DNA from: Edaphobacter aggregans
GTDB lineage: Bacteria; Acidobacteriota; Terriglobia; Terriglobales; Acidobacteriaceae
DNA length: 32,000 bases
NCBI RefSeq assembly: GCF_003945235.1
Contig: NZ_RSDW01000001.1
Span: 1,710,001-1,742,000 of the forward strand
Direction of reading: 5' to 3'
Below the pieces are notes generated by a model. It made no database searches. It saw only the letters and a program-made list of their open reading frames with translations, and was not told the DNA's origin. Of this stretch, positions 8,137-15,888 are shown one piece after another; the stretch's first letter is position 1; every line of letters starts with the position of its first letter. The position numbers and the translations under genes were made by a program.

Positions 8137-8216
8137 GCCGTTGTTTTTGCTATTGCCTTTCTTGCCCGTCATCCCCGAAGAGCCTGCCCTGAGCGAAGCC
8201 GAAGGGGATCTGCTGT
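8137..8216 (+). repeat. T-rich GNNGTT-like tract plus GTCAT hairpin element (expanded-loop variant)
   Basis: Sequence: GCCGTTGTTTTTGCTATTGCCTTTCTTGCCC-GTCAT(8168-8172)CCCCGAAG[AGCCTGCCCTGAGCGAAGCC]GAAGGGGATCTGCTGTG. Apart from the bracketed insert, it matches the 8344-8370 copy. Confidence 0.75.
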
Positions 8217-8237
8217 GCTTCCCATCGCAACTCAACT

Positions 8238-8303
8238 GTCATTTCGACCGGAGCAGTTCGCGCTTTTGTGAGCTGCGAAGCTGAGAAACTCGCTTCTCTA
8301 CCC
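8238..8303 (+). repeat. GTCATTTCGACCGGAGC...GAGAAAC...TCTCTACCC element
   Basis: Sequence: GTCATTTCGACCGGAGCAGTTCGCGCTTTTGTGAGCTGCGAAGCTGAGAAACTCGCTTCTCTACCC. It aligns with 11473-11525 (CTCATTCCGACCGGAGCACGAAGCGGGGAACAGAGAAACCCATCTCTTCACCC) apart from a 20-nt internal insert. Confidence 0.75.
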
Positions 8304-8325
8304 AAGCCGCCCGCCAAGCCAAAAA

Positions 8326-8376
8326 GCCGTTGCTTTTCTTGTTGTCATCCCCGAAGGGGATCTGCTGTTGCCGTTG
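8326..8376 (+). repeat. GTCAT hairpin element, compact copy
   Basis: Sequence: GCCGTTGCTTTTCTTGTT-GTCAT(8344-8348)-CCCCGAAGGGGATCTGCTGTTGCCGTTG. It has a perfect 6-bp stem with a 3-nt loop, ATCCCC-GAA-GGGGAT, at 8347-8361. Confidence 0.8.
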
Positions 8377-8405
8377 TATGTTCTCTCTGGCCCACCCGAA
8401 AACTC

Positions 8406-8473
8406 GTCATCTAGACCGGAGCGACAAATAGTTTCATCGTTCGTCGCGTAGTGGAAAGACCCCCGCATTTTGC
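8406..8473 (+). repeat. GTCAT...ACCCCCGCATTTTGC element
   Basis: GTCATCTAGACCGGAGC (the head resembles 8238 and 11473) ...GTGGAAAGACCCCCGCATTTTGC. The 3' 15-mer ACCCCCGCATTTTGC is identical to 12396-12410. Confidence 0.7.
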
Positions 8474-8887
8474 TTTTTGTCTTTCAATAAAACGCCCAGC
8501 TTCGCCTGAACAAGCGGATAGCAGGTCAGCTTGGAGTGAATGGCTGAAGTTTCCGAAAACCCGACTTTGCGGGAACGACAGTCTGATCGGTAAATACAAG
8601 AGCGTTTTCTCATTACTAATCGGGGGAGCCAGTGCTTAATGAGTGCATTGCCCTGTTGGCGACAGTTCGCGCTTCGGAAAATCCCAGAACACTAGCGACT
8701 TAAAAGTTGGCAATCTTGCATCTCCGCCCGTAAGCCATCGTTGGGATATACTGATGCCCGTTCTTGACCGCAACGTCCAACCAATACTTTGGTATGGATC
8801 GATACGTTCGTCCAATGGGTTCGTCGTCGCGCCTCTACCGGTCTTTCCTTGAACAGTCTCTCGCTCCGACATCGAAAGGAGTACCAG

Positions 8888-9778
8888 ATGGACGGCACAA
8901 ATGGGCTGAAAGAGACTACGCGCGTGACGGCACCTGTCGCGTCGAATACGCTTAGTGTGAACGTTTTTACCGCTCCGGGAAAGGCTATGGTTGGCGAGCG
9001 GCCAAGGCCCTTCGGCGAGCCGCTCGGCTTTGATCCGGCCACGTCGACGTTGATCTTCGGCGAGCACGACGCGGTACTGGTGGACGCCATGACCACGGTG
9101 GCTGAGGCCGAGGCGCTCGCGGACTGGATTGCGCTGCATAACCGGAACCTGGAGACCATCTATATAACGCATGCGCATTTCGACCACTTCTACGGTTTGA
9201 GCGTTCTGCTCGACCGTTTCCCAGGCGCTCGGGCGATCGCAACGCCCAAGGCGGTGGAGGGCATACAGATGTATTTGTCTCCCCCAGTGCAGCAGTTAGC
9301 CCGCCGAATGTTTCCTGGGCAAGTGCCCACGAAGTTGCTTGGACCTCAGCCCTATGAGGGCGACACCTTCACGCTTGAGGGCCACGAATTGCGCATCATC
9401 GAGCAGGGTCGCACCGATTGTCCCGATTCGACGTCTCTATATGTTCCATCAATCGGCCTGATCGTCGCTGGCGACGTGGTGTACAACCAGTGCCGCATGT
9501 ACGTCGGCGACACCACCCCCGAGAGCCGACAGAATTGGATTGCGGCGCTAGACCGGTTAGCGGCGCTGAACCCGGCGGTCGTCGTCGCCGGTCATAAGAA
9601 GACTGGCGCGCCCGACTCTCCGTCGACGATCCAGGACACCAAGCGTTATCTGCAGGATTTTGATCGGCTACAGAAAACCGCGACATCCGATCAGCAGCTG
9701 TTCGATCAGATGACGGAGCTGTATCCGTATTGGGTGGCCAATCAGTCGTGGTTGATGTTCGGATTTCCGCAGTCATAA
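8888..9778 (+). CDS. MBL-fold metallo-hydrolase
   Basis: ATG at 8888 is preceded by AAGGAG (8876-8881). The metal-binding motif ITHAHFDHFYG (HxHxDH) is present, and the 296-aa length is typical. The ORF-track start at 8789 has no RBS. Confidence 0.85.
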   Translation: MDGTNGLKETTRVTAPVASNTLSVNVFTAPGKAMVGERPRPFGEPLGFDPATSTLIFGEHDAVLVDAMTTVAEAEALADWIALHNRNLETIYITHAHFDHFYGLSVLLDRFPGARAIATPKAVEGIQMYLSPPVQQLARRMFPGQVPTKLLGPQPYEGDTFTLEGHELRIIEQGRTDCPDSTSLYVPSIGLIVAGDVVYNQCRMYVGDTTPESRQNWIAALDRLAALNPAVVVAGHKKTGAPDSPSTIQDTKRYLQDFDRLQKTATSDQQLFDQMTELYPYWVANQSWLMFGFPQS

Positions 9779-9913
9779 CCCGTATCAAGCGTGACGGCCG
9801 GCGCTTGCGCGCTTTGGAAGACAGTGGGGACAGACGGAACGCTCCCCAATTTCAAAGAATGGGACGTCCCGCCGGCCCCTGGTCTTAGTTCCAATTTCAG
9901 AGAGGAGAACAAA

Positions 9914-10708
9914 ATGGCAAAAGGAAAAGTCCTGGTACTAGTCTCGAGCGGTCGCGGTTTGCCCTTGAAGGATGGCAAGGTTTATACCGGCGCTGGCTAC
10001 TACCTCAACGAACTGACGGTTCCGGTTCGCGCCCTGATGAAGGAGGGCTACGAAATCACCTTCGCCACCCCCAGAGGCAACACGCCGCAAGTGGATGTTC
10101 ATTCAGAGGTCGCCGATTTCTTCGGCGGGGACGCGGCCAGGCTTGAGGACTATATGTTATTCCGCGACGGCTTGACCGGGCTCAGAGATCCAAGCCGCAT
10201 CGCGGATGTCATCGCATCGGGCCTGGATCAATATGACGCTGTCTTCGTCCCCGGCGGCCATGGTCCGATGATCGATCTTCTCGATGATCCCAATGCCGGC
10301 ATAGTGATGAGACACTTTCACGAAACATCCAAGCCTACGGCTGTGCTCTGCCATGGCCCGATTTCACTACTCTCGGCTCTTCCGAATTCGTGGGAGTTCG
10401 TTGCCGCGCTGACTGCGGGCGATGCCGCGGGAGCGCACGCAAAGGCTCAAGGCTGGATCTATGCCGGATATAAGATGACGATCTTTTCGACGGCGGAAGA
10501 ACAGCAGCGGGAGCCGCTTGAGATTGAGGGCAAGGTTCTCTTCTACCCGGACTTCGCCTTGAAGACGGCAGGCGGTAACGTAAGTGTGCTTGCTCCATGG
10601 TCGAGCTACGTCCTTCAAGATCGCGAGTTGATCTCAGGTCAGAACCCGTTCTCCGATGAAGCGCTTCTGAAACTTCTTCTAGCTGCACTCAACGCGAAGA
10701 AAAAGTGA
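9914..10708 (+). CDS. DJ-1/PfpI family (type 1 glutamine amidotransferase-like) protein
   Basis: ATG at 9914 is preceded by GAGGAG (9902-9907). The N-terminus MAKGKVLVLVSS matches the family, as does the nucleophile elbow TAVLCHGPISLL and FVPGGHGPM. Confidence 0.85.
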   Translation: MAKGKVLVLVSSGRGLPLKDGKVYTGAGYYLNELTVPVRALMKEGYEITFATPRGNTPQVDVHSEVADFFGGDAARLEDYMLFRDGLTGLRDPSRIADVIASGLDQYDAVFVPGGHGPMIDLLDDPNAGIVMRHFHETSKPTAVLCHGPISLLSALPNSWEFVAALTAGDAAGAHAKAQGWIYAGYKMTIFSTAEEQQREPLEIEGKVLFYPDFALKTAGGNVSVLAPWSSYVLQDRELISGQNPFSDEALLKLLLAALNAKKK

Positions 10709-11082
10709 GTCGGTAAGTGGGGGCTGGTTCCGTGGTTTCGCTTGCCGATAAGTCTATCCGGATTGCTCGCCTCCCCAAGTCGTCACGTAGGTTGCCCAAA
10801 TCAATCCTGTGAAGTCGGCTTCTCGTAGCGACAATGGCAGCTCCGTAGTTCCCTCAAGACGGGGGTTATAGGCAACTTTGGTTGCCCCGGAGTTCAAACT
10901 GGCCCTCACCAACAAGCGCCAAAACTTGACAACCATACTCCCAGAACCCGCCCCGAGCAACCCCAGCCCCCGACCTCAAACCCAAGAGGTCCACACCTAA
11001 ACCACCTGAATATAATACTTTGCATACTTAGACCAGAAGGGGGGACCTCACCCCACAGCAGGACGCTATCATCAAACCAGCA

Positions 11083-11454
11083 ATGCTCACCGAACTCGAC
11101 ATCCTCCAGGCCCTCCGAGACTGCTACGACCCCGAACTCCCCTGCAACATCGTCGACCTCGGCCTCATCCGCTCCCTCACCATCCAGCCCGACCCCGAAG
11201 CCCCCGGCGCCAACATTCCCGGAGTCCCCCAAAAGCACCGCATCGACCTCACCCTCACCCTCACCAACCCCACCGAAGCCGCCGAATCCCAACTCCGCGC
11301 CCAGATCGCCAACCGCCTCGCCGGCCTCGAAACCGTCAGCCAAACTACCATCACCATCCTCCCCACTCCCGCCTGGACCCCCCAACAAATCACCCCTACC
11401 GGCCGCCGCATCCTCGGCCTCGACGGCAACCCCAACCTCATCCAGATCCGCTGA
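11083..11454 (+). CDS. DUF59 / MIP18-family metal-sulfur cluster assembly factor (SufT-like)
   Basis: 123-aa ORF. The N-terminal motif ILQALRDCYDPELPCNIVDLGLIRSL is the DUF59 hallmark (V.DPE....IV.LGL). Confidence 0.75.
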   Translation: MLTELDILQALRDCYDPELPCNIVDLGLIRSLTIQPDPEAPGANIPGVPQKHRIDLTLTLTNPTEAAESQLRAQIANRLAGLETVSQTTITILPTPAWTPQQITPTGRRILGLDGNPNLIQIR

Positions 11455-11459
11455 GACGC

Positions 11460-12293
11460 ATGTCCAAACCTACTCATTCCGACCGGAGCACGAAGCGGGG
11501 AACAGAGAAACCCATCTCTTCACCCAAACCGTCAGCCCAGCCCAAACGCCCCCGCGACCTACTCCACCCGACCACCCACCCCATCCACCCCTTCGACCAG
11601 ATCCACAACACCGACACCAGCGGCCTCGTCCCCGCGGGTCATCTCCTCACCGGCCACCCCAACGACGAGCACGTCACCGCCTACTACGCCGTCGCCCCCA
11701 GTATCCTCCGCACCCTCATTGACCGCTGGCGCCCCACCGCCCCCCATCCCATCTCCCACTACACCTTCGTCGACATCGGCGCCGGCAAAGGCCGAGCCAT
11801 GCTGCTAGCCAGCGAACTTCCCTTCCACCAAATCATCGGCGTCGAACTCAACCCCGCCATGGCCGACATCGCCCAGCGCAATCTCGACCTCTGGCTCGTC
11901 GCCCACGCCGCCGACACCACCGCCCACCCCATAGCCCCCATCCGCCTCCACCAGCAAGACGCCCTCGACTTCGACCTCCCCCGAGCCCCCACCCTCGCCT
12001 TCCTCTTCCACCCCTTCGAAGCCCCAGTCTTCAAAGCCTTACTCCGACGCATCGAAGCACATTTCGCCAAGCGCCCCGGCACCTTCGACCTCCTCTACGT
12101 CAACGCCGAGTGCGCCGACATCCTCGACAACCACCCTGCCTTCACCCGCCTCTGGCACGGCAAAATCGAGATGACCCCCGAAGATCACGCTGCCGACCTC
12201 GAAGCCATAGCCCAACAAAAAGAGTACGGCTCCACCGGCGACGAAGAGTGCGCCATCTACCGCTACACCGGCCGCTCCAAACCTAACCGATAA
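11460..12293 (+). CDS. Class I SAM-dependent methyltransferase
   Basis: 277-aa ORF starting 5 nt after the DUF59 stop. Motif I: FVDIGAGKGRAMLLA...IIGVELNP. The conserved N-terminal HPFDQIHNTDTSGLV block lies upstream of any internal Met, so the ATG at 11460 is the only ATG start. Codons 5-22 are encoded by a repeat element. Confidence 0.8.
   Translation: MSKPTHSDRSTKRGTEKPISSPKPSAQPKRPRDLLHPTTHPIHPFDQIHNTDTSGLVPAGHLLTGHPNDEHVTAYYAVAPSILRTLIDRWRPTAPHPISHYTFVDIGAGKGRAMLLASELPFHQIIGVELNPAMADIAQRNLDLWLVAHAADTTAHPIAPIRLHQQDALDFDLPRAPTLAFLFHPFEAPVFKALLRRIEAHFAKRPGTFDLLYVNAECADILDNHPAFTRLWHGKIEMTPEDHAADLEAIAQQKEYGSTGDEECAIYRYTGRSKPNR
11473..11525 (+). repeat. CATTCCGACCGGAGC...GAGAAAC...TCTCTTCACCC element lying inside the 5' end of the methyltransferase CDS
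   Basis: It aligns with the intergenic copy at 8238-8303 and with the head of 8406-8422. It is translated as THSDRSTKRGTEKPISSP. Confidence 0.7.
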
Positions 12294-12314
12294 CAGCCGC
12301 CCACATCTGCCCTT

Positions 12315-12372
12315 GTCGTTGCCGTTGCCCATTGCAGTTGCAGTTGCAGTTGCAGTTGCAGTTGCAGTTGCT
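12315..12372 (+). repeat. Hexanucleotide microsatellite: six perfect GCAGTT units (12334-12369) flanked by degenerate GYCGTT units
   Basis: Read directly: GTCGTTGCCGTTGCCCATT then GCAGTT x6 then GCTT. It lies in the convergent intergenic region between the methyltransferase gene and tsaE. Confidence 0.95.
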
Positions 12373-12373
12373 T

Positions 12374-12410
12374 GTCATTCTGAGCGCAGCGAAGAACCCC
12401 CGCATTTTGC
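12374..12410 (+). repeat. GTCATTCTGAGCGCAGCGAAGAACCCCCGCATTTTGC element
   Basis: It has a GTCAT head directly after the hexamer tract, the same architecture as at 5085-5185. It shares its 3' 15-mer with 8459-8473. Confidence 0.75.
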
Positions 12411-12443
12411 CTGTGCCACCACGGCCCTCGCCACGTCGAAAAC

Positions 12444-12923
12444 CTACCCCCGCCCCACCCGCACCAAAAACAACCGCTTATCCCCACCCACATGTTCAAT
12501 CGAAATCTCCCCATCCGCCCGCGCCACCACGCTCGCGAACTTCTCCCCCCACTCCACCAGCACCAGAGCATCCGGCTCCTCCGCCATCTCCTCCAGCCCC
12601 AGCGTCAACAACTCCCGCTCCGTCTCCAACCGGTAAAGATCCAGGTGATAGAGCTTCACCTTTGGCCCAACATACTCATGCACCAGCGTAAACGTGGGAC
12701 TCGTCACATCCTCTGCCTCCGCCGCCCCCAGCGCCGCTGCAATTCCCTTCACCAGCGTAGTCTTCCCCGCGCCCAGATCCCCGCGCAGCACAATCATCTT
12801 CGGAGCAGGCAGCAACATCTCCGCCACCCGCTCCCCCATCGCCAACGTCCCTGCCTCACTCCGCGTCTTAAACCGTTTCTCCTTCACACTCTCTCCCGTA
12901 AATCGCCGTCGACGAAGACTCAC
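12444..12923 (-). CDS. tsaE: tRNA threonylcarbamoyladenosine (t6A) biosynthesis ATPase TsaE
   Basis: 159-aa ORF. P-loop in the TsaE context: VLRGDLGAGKTTLVKGIAAALG. Followed by SPTFTLVHEY and LYHLDLYRL. Confidence 0.9.
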   Translation of the reverse strand: MSLRRRRFTGESVKEKRFKTRSEAGTLAMGERVAEMLLPAPKMIVLRGDLGAGKTTLVKGIAAALGAAEAEDVTSPTFTLVHEYVGPKVKLYHLDLYRLETERELLTLGLEEMAEEPDALVLVEWGEKFASVVARADGEISIEHVGGDKRLFLVRVGRG

Positions 12924-13024
12924 TTCCTCACAGTAGCAGTTGCGCCCTTGTGAATCGATCCTGCACTTATACTTAAGAATCAGGTTGCCTTAGATCTTGC
13001 ACGCCAACCTGCCTTGAGGAGTTC

Positions 13025-13600
13025 ATGGCCGTACTAATTGAAGCGATCAACATCAAGCGCAAGACCTTATTCGAGTTTGAAAACGCCCCATTCGCCTGTC
13101 TGGATTCGGACATCACCACCCCCACCGCTCGCGGCGGCCAGACCCTTGTTCGCCTCAAGATCCGTAACCTTCTCACTAGTGCGGTATTTGAAAAGACATT
13201 CAAGGCGAATGACAAGTTCAAGGAGCCGGACCTCCAATTGATCCCAGCCTCTTATCTCTACAGCGACGGCGATGGTTCTCACTTCCTCGATCAGGAGACC
13301 TATGAGACCCTCACCCTCGACGATGGAATGATCGGGAACGCGTTAGACTTCCTGATTGAAGGCGCATTGATTCAGCTGCACAAGTACAACGGCAATCCCA
13401 TCGGCTTACAACTGCCCATGTTTGTCGAGCTGACCGTCGCCTACGCTGAACCCGCAGCGCGCGGCGACTCCTCAAGCGGCAGCGGAACCAAACTAGCCCG
13501 GTTGGAGACTGGCCTGGAACTCCGCGTCCCTCCCTTCATCAAAGAAGGAGAAAAGGTCAAAGTAGCGACCGAAAACGGCGAGTTCTCAGGAAGAGCATAA
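13025..13600 (+). CDS. efp: Elongation factor P family protein with a YeiP/EfpL-like loop (PTARGGQ)
   Basis: 191-aa ORF with AGGAG 5 nt upstream of the ATG. EF-P three-domain length, and a C-terminal motif PPFIKEGEKVKVATENGEFSGRA. The domain I loop reads TTPTARGGQTLVRLK (Arg codon at 13130-13132) instead of the PGKG loop of canonical EF-P. Confidence 0.85.
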   Translation: MAVLIEAINIKRKTLFEFENAPFACLDSDITTPTARGGQTLVRLKIRNLLTSAVFEKTFKANDKFKEPDLQLIPASYLYSDGDGSHFLDQETYETLTLDDGMIGNALDFLIEGALIQLHKYNGNPIGLQLPMFVELTVAYAEPAARGDSSSGSGTKLARLETGLELRVPPFIKEGEKVKVATENGEFSGRA

Positions 13601-13680
13601 GCCCGCACGCGCTCGGGAGGCCCTGCACCTTTGCAGTAAATTTGAAGTGTGAGTTCAAGCACATTGAAGGTGTTCTGGTC

Positions 13681-14982
13681 ATGGCACTCACACACACATG
13701 CCGAGCCACTCTCAGCAGGAGAAGTCTATTCCTGTTGATGGCCGTTCCCATCTTGGTGTGGGGACAGACGCGACAGCCTCAACCTCCCGCACCGCATCAT
13801 GCCGTCGCCACCCGATCATCATCGCCCTCTCATACCAGCGATGACAATGTGAAAAACGACCTGGACAGCTGTCGCATTCATCAAGTGACCGGCCTTCCGG
13901 GAAGTCACCAGTTCGCCAGCGATTTTATTGAAACCATAGCCAGTGATCCCAAAGATCCTGACCTGATATGGGGTCTCACGGCGGACCTGAGCAATCAGGT
14001 TCCACCGCAGGATCAAGCCATGTACATCTCGAAATCCACCAATGGTGGCGCAACATGGACTCAGGTCGCGCGCATCGATTCCAAATACTTCGACGCGAAG
14101 ATAGGCGAAGGCCTGCGCAACGGTCTAATCGTGTCGCCCGGTGGAACCTACTTTGTGATCACAACGCAACAAGGAGCCTTCCAGGTCATTCCTCAGCCAA
14201 ATACGTCTGAGACCATGGTGAAAGCCATCGTGGGTCCTCGCGTTCCTGACACGCCTCCAAAGATGTCCATCACGAAAAAAGCAGGAGACCCCGTAAGGGC
14301 GAACGTTGTCGGAATGACATCCGACGAAAAACATCTCATCATCGGCTACGGCTACTTCGACCTCGACCCCAAGATGTTCAGCTACCACAAGGACAACGAT
14401 GGCTCATGGATCGAAGACGGGCCTCTCCCTCCACTTCCAACCGACATGGATCTTCTCTCCATGCAGTTCGATGATCCCCAAAAAACGGATCCAGGCTTCC
14501 TCTACGTTGGAACCGGCGATCAGGTCTACCTCCTTAACCGCCGCACCATGAAATGGAGTCGAATTTACGGCGTAGGCGCGGACTCCGCAATCCATGGAAT
14601 GAGCGTTGTCGGAGGCCTACACCTGGCAGCCTGTTGGGGAATCTACAACCCTTCAGGCCCAGGCACCGTACGCAGACTGATCAACGCGAGATTTCTCCTG
14701 CATCGAACGACAGATGAGACAGGTCCCAACCTTCGCGCCTACAGCATCGATGTCGACCCATCCAAACCAAACCGAGAAGTCGTAACCTCGCTCACAGGCG
14801 TGTACACAAGCGAGGACAATGGCGAAACCTGGAAAAGAATCAACGATCTTCCAGAAGAAGAATTCCGCTCCGCCCATTTCAACTCCAACGGAACCATCCT
14901 CGTCTCTGGAATCGCAGGTACGTTTCTGGTCAATCCATTTTCAAACGCCTGCACACCTCACCTTAAGGTTCGCAATAAATAG
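13681..14982 (+). CDS. Exported BNR/Asp-box repeat (sialidase-like beta-propeller) protein
   Basis: I take the ATG at 13681, giving MALTHTCRATLSRRSLFLLMAVPILVWGQ. This is a Tat-like SRRxLFL motif plus a hydrophobic core. Asp-box motifs SKSTNGGATW and SEDNGETW are present. The function is unknown. Confidence 0.65.
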   Translation: MALTHTCRATLSRRSLFLLMAVPILVWGQTRQPQPPAPHHAVATRSSSPSHTSDDNVKNDLDSCRIHQVTGLPGSHQFASDFIETIASDPKDPDLIWGLTADLSNQVPPQDQAMYISKSTNGGATWTQVARIDSKYFDAKIGEGLRNGLIVSPGGTYFVITTQQGAFQVIPQPNTSETMVKAIVGPRVPDTPPKMSITKKAGDPVRANVVGMTSDEKHLIIGYGYFDLDPKMFSYHKDNDGSWIEDGPLPPLPTDMDLLSMQFDDPQKTDPGFLYVGTGDQVYLLNRRTMKWSRIYGVGADSAIHGMSVVGGLHLAACWGIYNPSGPGTVRRLINARFLLHRTTDETGPNLRAYSIDVDPSKPNREVVTSLTGVYTSEDNGETWKRINDLPEEEFRSAHFNSNGTILVSGIAGTFLVNPFSNACTPHLKVRNK

Positions 14983-15051
14983 CTCCGCATCGCTCGCCTT
15001 TTGAAGGAAGCATGAGCGCTAAGCCCTCACTCTGAATAGCGAGAATGCCCT

Positions 15052-15732
15052 TCAAATCTGGTGGATGGCCTCCAAATAATCCTGGACGCCAGTGCAGACG
15101 ATCTGGACGCCAATGCACAGCAGGATAAACGCCGAAAGCCGCAACACGACCATCGTTCCCGATGCGCCAAGCAAGCGCTCTGCGGCATTAGCGTAGCGAT
15201 AGCAGATGTAAATGCTGATGCAAACCAGCGCGATGCCGACAAACGATGCAATCAAAACTCTGGGCGAAAGAAACGACGATGCGTGCAGCTCCGCAGGCAG
15301 GTGCGCGCCGAGCGTAATCGCAACCGAGATGGAGCCCGGGCCAACCGTGAGCGGCATCGTGTAGGGATAAAAAGCCCGATCAAGAACGCTGGAATCCTGC
15401 GCGCTGTTCGAGCGAGTGCTGGTCGAGTCCCGCGACAGCAGTGACCATCCCGTTACAGCCACGACAAGTCCTCCGCCGATCTGGACGGCGTAGATGGAGA
15501 TGCCGAAGAAGGTAAGAATTTTGACTCCCCAGAGCAGCGAGCCAATCAACAGAAAGAAACAGTAGGTGGCAATTTTTCGTGCAAGCGCGCGATGCACCGC
15601 CGGCTCGAGTCCGCTGAAAACATTGAGGAGAACCGCAGCGGCGGCCAGTGGATTAACGACAGGAAAAAGCGCTGCGACCACGAGAATCGTGGCCTCGATG
15701 ACGGTCGATGCACCATTATGAAGATCAATCAC
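15052..15732 (-). CDS. MarC family (UPF0056/NAAT) integral membrane protein
   Basis: 226-aa ORF with a GTG start and six predicted TM segments. N-terminal motif: LVVAALFPVVNPLAAAAVLL. Confidence 0.75.
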   Translation of the reverse strand: MIDLHNGASTVIEATILVVAALFPVVNPLAAAAVLLNVFSGLEPAVHRALARKIATYCFFLLIGSLLWGVKILTFFGISIYAVQIGGGLVVAVTGWSLLSRDSTSTRSNSAQDSSVLDRAFYPYTMPLTVGPGSISVAITLGAHLPAELHASSFLSPRVLIASFVGIALVCISIYICYRYANAAERLLGASGTMVVLRLSAFILLCIGVQIVCTGVQDYLEAIHQI

Positions 15733-15888
15733 CGGCTGAGACTTCCTCGTTTATCTTGCGAGGCAACAAAGGGAAACAAAGAATGAAGCACTTGGTGAGC
15801 AAATATACATCTTAGCGGTGGGAGCGACGCAAAAGCTTTCTGCAAGGACGCTTGTAAGCCACTGCTCACGCTTCGGTGGAGCGACCTA

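Noticed and set aside
8451-8852. Small ORFs in the 8.4-8.9 kb gap: 8451-8639(+), 8643-8852(+), 8411-8599(-), and the antisense ORFs 8636-9187(-) and 8692-9159(-).
   Set aside because: They are partly encoded by repeat elements (PPHFAF from CCCCCGCATTTTGC) or lie antisense to the MBL gene. They have no RBS and no recognisable motifs.
8509-10918. An 8-nt direct repeat, AACAAGCG, near both borders of the skew-neutral islet (8509-8516 and 10911-10918), as possible target-site duplication or att sites.
   Set aside because: An 8-mer match between two border zones of about 100 nt each is expected by chance at roughly 15 percent. There is no integrase or transposase nearby.
10754-10960. 68-aa minus-strand ORF in the non-coding gap after the DJ-1 gene. 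It has faint pentapeptide-repeat flavour (SLREADFTGLIW).
   Set aside because: It is too short, has no RBS, and the similarity is too weak to judge by eye. It may be a gene remnant at the islet border, but I cannot support it.
12315-12410. Possible CRISPR array, or the repeat cluster at 8137-8473 as a CRISPR array.
   Set aside because: The units are 6 nt long, or are heterogeneous 35-80-nt elements of different subfamilies. There are no regular unique spacers of constant length, and no cas genes in the window.
12948-12975. TTGTGA-16-TACTTA as a promoter for the efp-like gene, and TATAAT at 11011-11016 upstream of the DUF59 gene.
   Set aside because: These are single weak motif matches. There is no good -35/-10 pair for the TATAAT, and promoter consensus in this phylum is uncertain. 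I leave them as notes only.
14983-15051. Possible bidirectional terminator between the BNR and marC genes: TTGAAGG...CCTTCAA arms with an inner CGCTA...TAGCG.
   Set aside because: The stems are short (5-7 bp) and the loop is very large (about 40 nt), with no flanking T-tracts. This is not strong enough to call.
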